Position numbers and translations under genes: made by a program. DNA of 32,000 nucleotides, from assembly GCF_000012905.2 (NCBI RefSeq), contig NC_007494.2, positions 240,001 to 272,000 on the forward strand. Direction: 5' to 3'. Origin of the DNA: Cereibacter sphaeroides 2.4.1 (GTDB taxonomy: Bacteria > Pseudomonadota > Alphaproteobacteria > Rhodobacterales > Rhodobacteraceae). Every line of letters begins with the position of its first letter. Position 1 is the first letter of the stretch. Positions 28,071 to 32,000 of this stretch are shown here, piece after piece. A model generated the notes under the pieces. It did no database searches, was not told the origin of the DNA, and saw only the letters and a program-made list of their open reading frames with translations.

Positions 28071-29198
28071 TCAGCCCTCCTGAAAGCGGCGAAGGGACTC
28101 GCCCGGGCCCGCGGTGGTGCCGGAGAGGGCGGCCCTCCGGTTCTCTGCCAGCAGTTCCGCGATCACCACGCGGATGTCGCGGAGGAACTGCTCCTGCGCG
28201 GCCTGCATCCGGGTGTCCGGAACCTCGTCATGCCGCATGAGGAGGGCGAGGATGCGCTCCTGATATTGCGTGAGGGCGCCGATGGTCGTCATCAGCTCGC
28301 CCAGTTGCGGCGCGGCGCGGGTCTGGCTCAGTTCCTCCGTCACGGCGGCCAGCGCGCGCGACATGGCATCCAGTTCCACGCTGCCCGAGCCGTCGGAGGA
28401 GGCGGGGCCGGTGGCGCTGCGCAGCAGGTCGCTCACCTCGGACAGGAACCGGGCGCGGGTTTGCTCTTCCCGCTCGAGGAAGGCCTCCATGCGGCTCATG
28501 AAGGAGGCCATGGCGGTGCCGAAGGCGGCGAAACTCTTGTGCTGCGCGGTCAGATTGAGCGGCGGCAGGGGCCGGTTGCCGAGGGCCGTCACCAGCTGTT
28601 CCAGCCGTGCGCCCTGGGCCGACAGGTCTGCTTGTGCCTGAGCCTGTGTCGCGAGAGCCTCGGTGACGGCCGTCACGGCCGTCTCGATCGCGGCAAGCCG
28701 CTCGGCCCACGCGCCCGAGGGTGCATCGGGCACGCTCTCGGGTTCCGGGGCTTCGAGGGACGGCTGTTCCGGATCCTCGGCCCGGGGTTCGGGAGCGCCG
28801 GCTTCGACCTCATCCGCAGGCGTCTCCTCTGCCGATGAGCAGGCGGCTTCGGGATCGACGGGCTCCTCAGGTTCGACCGGAGCGGGCTCTTCCGGCGGGG
28901 ACTCCTCGGCTGGCGCAGGAGGCTCGGCAACCGGCTCGGGCAGGGACAGTTCGGCCAGACGGAACGGATCGGACGAGAGGAAGGCGGGAACCGGCCCCTC
29001 GAACGTCAGGCCGAGCCCGCGGCCCGGCAGGACGCAGGTGGTGATGCCCATGGCGCGGAGGGCGGGCAGCAGCCGCTGGGGAATGGCCTCGGCCACCCCG
29101 CGCGCCATCGTGAGGAGATGGGTGGGGGCCGGTCCCGCGGGTGGACCGCCTCCGCCCAGTGCCAATCCCGTGTCCCTGCTGCCGTGCGCTTCGGACAT
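28071..29198 (-). CDS. hypothetical protein: N-terminal domain, Pro/Glu-rich acidic linker, coiled-coil C-terminal half
   Basis: I prefer the ATG at 29198 (MSEAHGSRD, AGGGAGA 5-6 nt upstream) over the track start at 29285, whose extra codons have lower GC3 and no RBS. 375 aa. PEPVAEPPAPAEESPPEEPAPVEPEEPVDPE linker, then heptad-like Ala/Gln/Leu/Glu-rich helices. No family recognised. Confidence 0.6.
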   Translation of the reverse strand: MSEAHGSRDTGLALGGGGPPAGPAPTHLLTMARGVAEAIPQRLLPALRAMGITTCVLPGRGLGLTFEGPVPAFLSSDPFRLAELSLPEPVAEPPAPAEESPPEEPAPVEPEEPVDPEAACSSAEETPADEVEAGAPEPRAEDPEQPSLEAPEPESVPDAPSGAWAERLAAIETAVTAVTEALATQAQAQADLSAQGARLEQLVTALGNRPLPPLNLTAQHKSFAAFGTAMASFMSRMEAFLEREEQTRARFLSEVSDLLRSATGPASSDGSGSVELDAMSRALAAVTEELSQTRAAPQLGELMTTIGALTQYQERILALLMRHDEVPDTRMQAAQEQFLRDIRVVIAELLAENRRAALSGTTAGPGESLRRFQEG

Positions 29199-29516
29199 GC
29201 GCGTCTCCCTGACCGATCCCGCCTTCTTGTAGCGGCCGAGGGTTGAGAAAGCCTTTCCAGATCCGGTGCAAAGACGGCGCACCATGAGCCGTCGCCACGA
29301 GTCCCGGTTTCGGGCGCGGGCTCCGTTTCCGGGGCGGCACCGGTAAAGGGCGCGGCCGCAGAGGCGGCGCGAGGGGCCCGCGAGAGCGCTGAAGGCGGAT
29401 GTTGCGCCCGCGATCCTCGAACGGCGTGCGGACGGGTTCGGAAGAGGTGTCGTAAGGAGCGCGAGCGGGCTTCCAGCGGAAGACGTGCCGGGCGGGGCAC
29501 GGCGCTCCCGCCTGCG

Positions 29517-32000
29517 TCAGGGCGCCGTGAGGTCGATCAGCGAGGCGCCGGGGCAGGCGGCGCGGGCGATGTCGCAGAGGTGGCGGTGGTGCGTCAGATA
29601 GATCACCTGCCCCACGCGGGACATGTCGGCCAGCAAGGCGAAGGCCTCGGCCGAGCGGTCGTCGTCGAAGGTCTCCATGATGTCGTCGGCGATGAAGGGC
29701 ACGGGCGGGCGGCTCTGGGCGAGCTCGTGGAAGCCCGCGATGCGCAGCGCGAGATAGAGCTGAAACCGCGTGCCCTTGGAGAGATCCGCCGCCAGTTTCG
29801 CCCCGCCTTCGGCGGCCAGCGCCACCAGCACCTCCTGCGCGCCGTCGGGCTGGGCCGCGAGGCCGGCATAGGCTCCACGGCTGAGGCGGCAGAAGGCGTC
29901 CGAGGCGCGGGCCAGCATCGCGCTGCGGTGCCGGTCGCGGTAGCGCCGGAGCCCCGCCTCGAAGGCCATCAGCCCGAAGCGGGCGGCGAGATGGGCGCGG
30001 GCGCGGTCGCGCAGTTCCACCAGCAGGGTCTCGCGGTCCGAGGCGATCCGGGCCAGCGCATCGTCGCCGCCGACCGCCTCGAGCCTGCGCCCGGCGTCCA
30101 GATGGGCGGTGAGGCAGCTCTCGGCCTCGCTCCGCAGGAGCTGGAGGTCGGTGCGCAGTTTCTCGATCCGGGAAGTGAGCGTCGCGGGATCGTCGGTCTC
30201 CTGCGGTTCGGGCCGCCCTGAGAGGTCCGACAGAAGGGCTGCCACCTGACGGCGCAGCTCGGCCGCCTCGAGGCAGCAGGCGAGGTGGGCCGCGAGCGGC
30301 CCGTCCGCCTCGGACCAGCCGAGCGCTTGGGCGAGCGCGGCCCGGTCTTCTTCCAGCGCGGCGAGGGTGCGGCGGTCCTCGGCCTCCTGACGCTCCTCGG
30401 TGGTGCGCTGCTGGGCGAGCCGTTCCGCGTCCCGCGCCGCATCCTGCGCGCGGCGCAGCCGGGACCGTAGCGCCTCCCAGCCCGTGTCGGGATCGAGGTC
30501 GAGCCGCGCGAGGAGCGCCGTCCGGGCGGCCTCGAACCTTGCGCGGTTCGCCTCCATCTTGGCGATCCGGTCCTCGAGCGCGGCGAGGCTGCGGGCCGCC
30601 GCGCCGAGCGCATCGAGGAGATCGAGCACCGGACCCTCGGAAGGGCCGTCGGCGAGGATCGTGTCCCGGCTCGCCTCGTGCCAGCTTTCGCGCCAGCGCG
30701 CGAGCGCCTGCTGTGCCTGCGCCTCGGCGGCCTCGCGGGCCTTGAGATCGGCGGCCAGCCCGGCCAGCTGCCGCCGCGCCTCGCGCCGACGTTCGGCGGC
30801 TTCGGTGCGGGCGATGGCGGTCGCGAGGAGGGCCTCGAAGGGCGTGCCCTCCGGCGCGCCGAGGGCCGCGGCGAGGGCAAGGGTGGCCGCGTCCAGCGCC
30901 TCCGACTGGCGGGTGCAATGGGCTTCGGCCTCGCGGAGCGCCGCCTGCCGGGCCAGCGCCTCGTCGCGGAGGCCGAGCCAGTGTCGCAGGGCGGAGATGT
31001 CGGCATCGCAGAGGCCGAAGGCCCCTCCCGCCTCGGCAAGGGCGGTGCGGATCCGGGCCTGCCCGGCGCGCGCCGCCTCACGGGCCGCGTCCGCCTCGGC
31101 CAGCGTGCGGAGAAGCCGCGCCTCCTCGGCTTCGGCTCCGGCCGCGCGGCGGGCCTCGGCCAGCGCCTCGGCGAGGAGGGCGGAGATGCGGTCGTCCTCG
31201 CGGAGCGCCTGTTCGAACTCGGTGGCACTGGCCGCATCGAGGGCGCGGCGATGGCTGGCCCAGGCGGCTTCACGTCGGCTGCGGGCGGCGGCGGCCTCGG
31301 CGAGGGTGAGGCCGGTGGCCGAGGCGGCGCCTCGCTCTGCCGCCGCATCGTGGCGCAGCCGGTCGAGATCGGCGCGGATCGCCTCTGCCGTCCTCTGGGC
31401 GTCGGCCACGCGCTGACGGGCCTCTTCGAGGCCGCGCTCCCACCCGTCGAGCAGGGCGGCGGAGGGCACGGGCAGGGCCGCGAGCGCCGGGGCATCGCCC
31501 CGCCAGGGGGCAAGCGCCTCGAGCGCGGCGGTGAGGCGCGCCTGATGCAGATCGCGGTCGAGCCGCGCCCGGGCATGGGCCTCGGCCGGATCCTGCGCCC
31601 GCAGCCGCGCGAGCAGCGCGACCAGCGTGTCGTCCTCGCCCTCGGGGCCCGGATCGCCCAGACGGTCGCGCTCGCGCGTGAGGCGCTCGGCCGCCGCGCG
31701 TCGCTCCGCCTCCGAGGCGGCCGCGGTCGCTTCGAGGCCAGAGCGCTCTGCGGCAAGGGCGCGGAGCCGTGCGAGCGTGGTTGCCGGAAGCACCAGCCCC
31801 TCCGGCTTTGCCCCCGGATGGCCGAGTTCGGCCAGAAGCGCCGTCACCTCGGCGCGGGCCTCGAACGCCTCGGCTTCGCGGCGGGGCAGGTCCTTCTGCG
31901 CCGTCTCGTGCTCGGGGCGCAGCGCCTCGGCCGCCTCGATGTCGCCGGCGGCAGCCAGCACCGCCGGATCGAGCGGCAAGGCATCGGCCTCTGCCGCGAG
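29517..32000 (-). CDS. YhaN/SbcC-like coiled-coil AAA ATPase, 5'-truncated by the window edge
   Basis: The frame is open from 32000 to the stop at 29517 (the track start at 31979 is only a TTG). Long Ala/Glu/Arg/Leu coiled coil, then a C-terminal ABC/Rad50-type head: GTRFQLYLALRIAG, Walker B/D-loop PFIADDIMETFDDDRS, QVIYLTHHRHL. Confidence 0.75.
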   Translation of the reverse strand, partial: LAAEADALPLDPAVLAAAGDIEAAEALRPEHETAQKDLPRREAEAFEARAEVTALLAELGHPGAKPEGLVLPATTLARLRALAAERSGLEATAAASEAERRAAAERLTRERDRLGDPGPEGEDDTLVALLARLRAQDPAEAHARARLDRDLHQARLTAALEALAPWRGDAPALAALPVPSAALLDGWERGLEEARQRVADAQRTAEAIRADLDRLRHDAAAERGAASATGLTLAEAAAARSRREAAWASHRRALDAASATEFEQALREDDRISALLAEALAEARRAAGAEAEEARLLRTLAEADAAREAARAGQARIRTALAEAGGAFGLCDADISALRHWLGLRDEALARQAALREAEAHCTRQSEALDAATLALAAALGAPEGTPFEALLATAIARTEAAERRREARRQLAGLAADLKAREAAEAQAQQALARWRESWHEASRDTILADGPSEGPVLDLLDALGAAARSLAALEDRIAKMEANRARFEAARTALLARLDLDPDTGWEALRSRLRRAQDAARDAERLAQQRTTEERQEAEDRRTLAALEEDRAALAQALGWSEADGPLAAHLACCLEAAELRRQVAALLSDLSGRPEPQETDDPATLTSRIEKLRTDLQLLRSEAESCLTAHLDAGRRLEAVGGDDALARIASDRETLLVELRDRARAHLAARFGLMAFEAGLRRYRDRHRSAMLARASDAFCRLSRGAYAGLAAQPDGAQEVLVALAAEGGAKLAADLSKGTRFQLYLALRIAGFHELAQSRPPVPFIADDIMETFDDDRSAEAFALLADMSRVGQVIYLTHHRHLCDIARAACPGASLIDLTAP

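Noticed and set aside
28867-31756. 683-aa and 595-aa minus-strand alternative frames and the 338-aa plus-strand Ser/Ala/Arg ORF over the YhaN-like gene
   Set aside because: Low-complexity Arg/Pro/Ser translations. The chosen frame gives a coherent coiled coil plus an ATPase head.
29517-32000. Reading the coiled-coil ATPase plus downstream unknown as a known defence system (Lamassu/Wadjet/Gabija-like)
   Set aside because: The head-domain motifs look YhaN-like. There is no recognisable effector (nuclease, TIR, SIR2, protease) or kleisin-like partner within the window, and the neighbours are housekeeping respiration genes. This cannot be excluded without the upstream sequence.

Overview
Very GC-rich, densely coding alphaproteobacterial chromosome segment; gene content and order look Rhodobacter/Cereibacter-like. 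I saw no rRNA, tRNA, CRISPR array, transposase or integrase. All family calls come from motif recognition by eye, and no searches were run.

Contents from left to right:
- A small exported protein and an OpgG/MdoG-family periplasmic glucan protein, convergent on one bidirectional terminator.
- A nitrogen-fixation electron-transport locus of two divergent operons: fprA-fdxC-fdxN-rseC-apbE(rnfF) on the minus strand and rnfABCDGEH on the plus strand. The 488-bp control region between them contains two near-identical sigma-54 (-24/-12) promoters, one NifA-type TGT-N10-ACA site and an unexplained 15-bp inverted repeat.
- An orphan Tat-signal FCSD/SoxF-like flavoprotein.
- An Hsp70/actin-fold ATPase lacking a substrate-binding domain. 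Its last 106 nt are tandemly duplicated just past the stop codon.
- An aldo/keto reductase divergent from an AraC_N-type regulator.
- A GlxA-type regulator followed by a three-subunit PaoABC-like molybdenum hydroxylase.
- A nikKMLQO ECF-type nickel importer preceded by a perfect GTATGA-N16-TCATAC NikR-type operator.
- A short (CIO/Qxt-like) cytochrome bd oxidase cydAB plus a DUF2474-like mini-gene that overlaps the nikO 3' end convergently.
- An unassignable 375-aa protein with a Pro/Glu linker and a coiled coil.
- About 820 C-terminal codons of a YhaN/SbcC-like coiled-coil ATPase running off the right edge.

I do not see a convincing defence island or mobile element. The least explained parts are the rnf/fprA control region, the duplicated gene tail at 14087-14298, the Cys-rich ORF upstream of cydA, and the 375-aa protein downstream of the YhaN-like ATPase. 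The ORF track renders TTG/GTG starts as M, and many long ORFs are antisense shadows typical of high-GC DNA.
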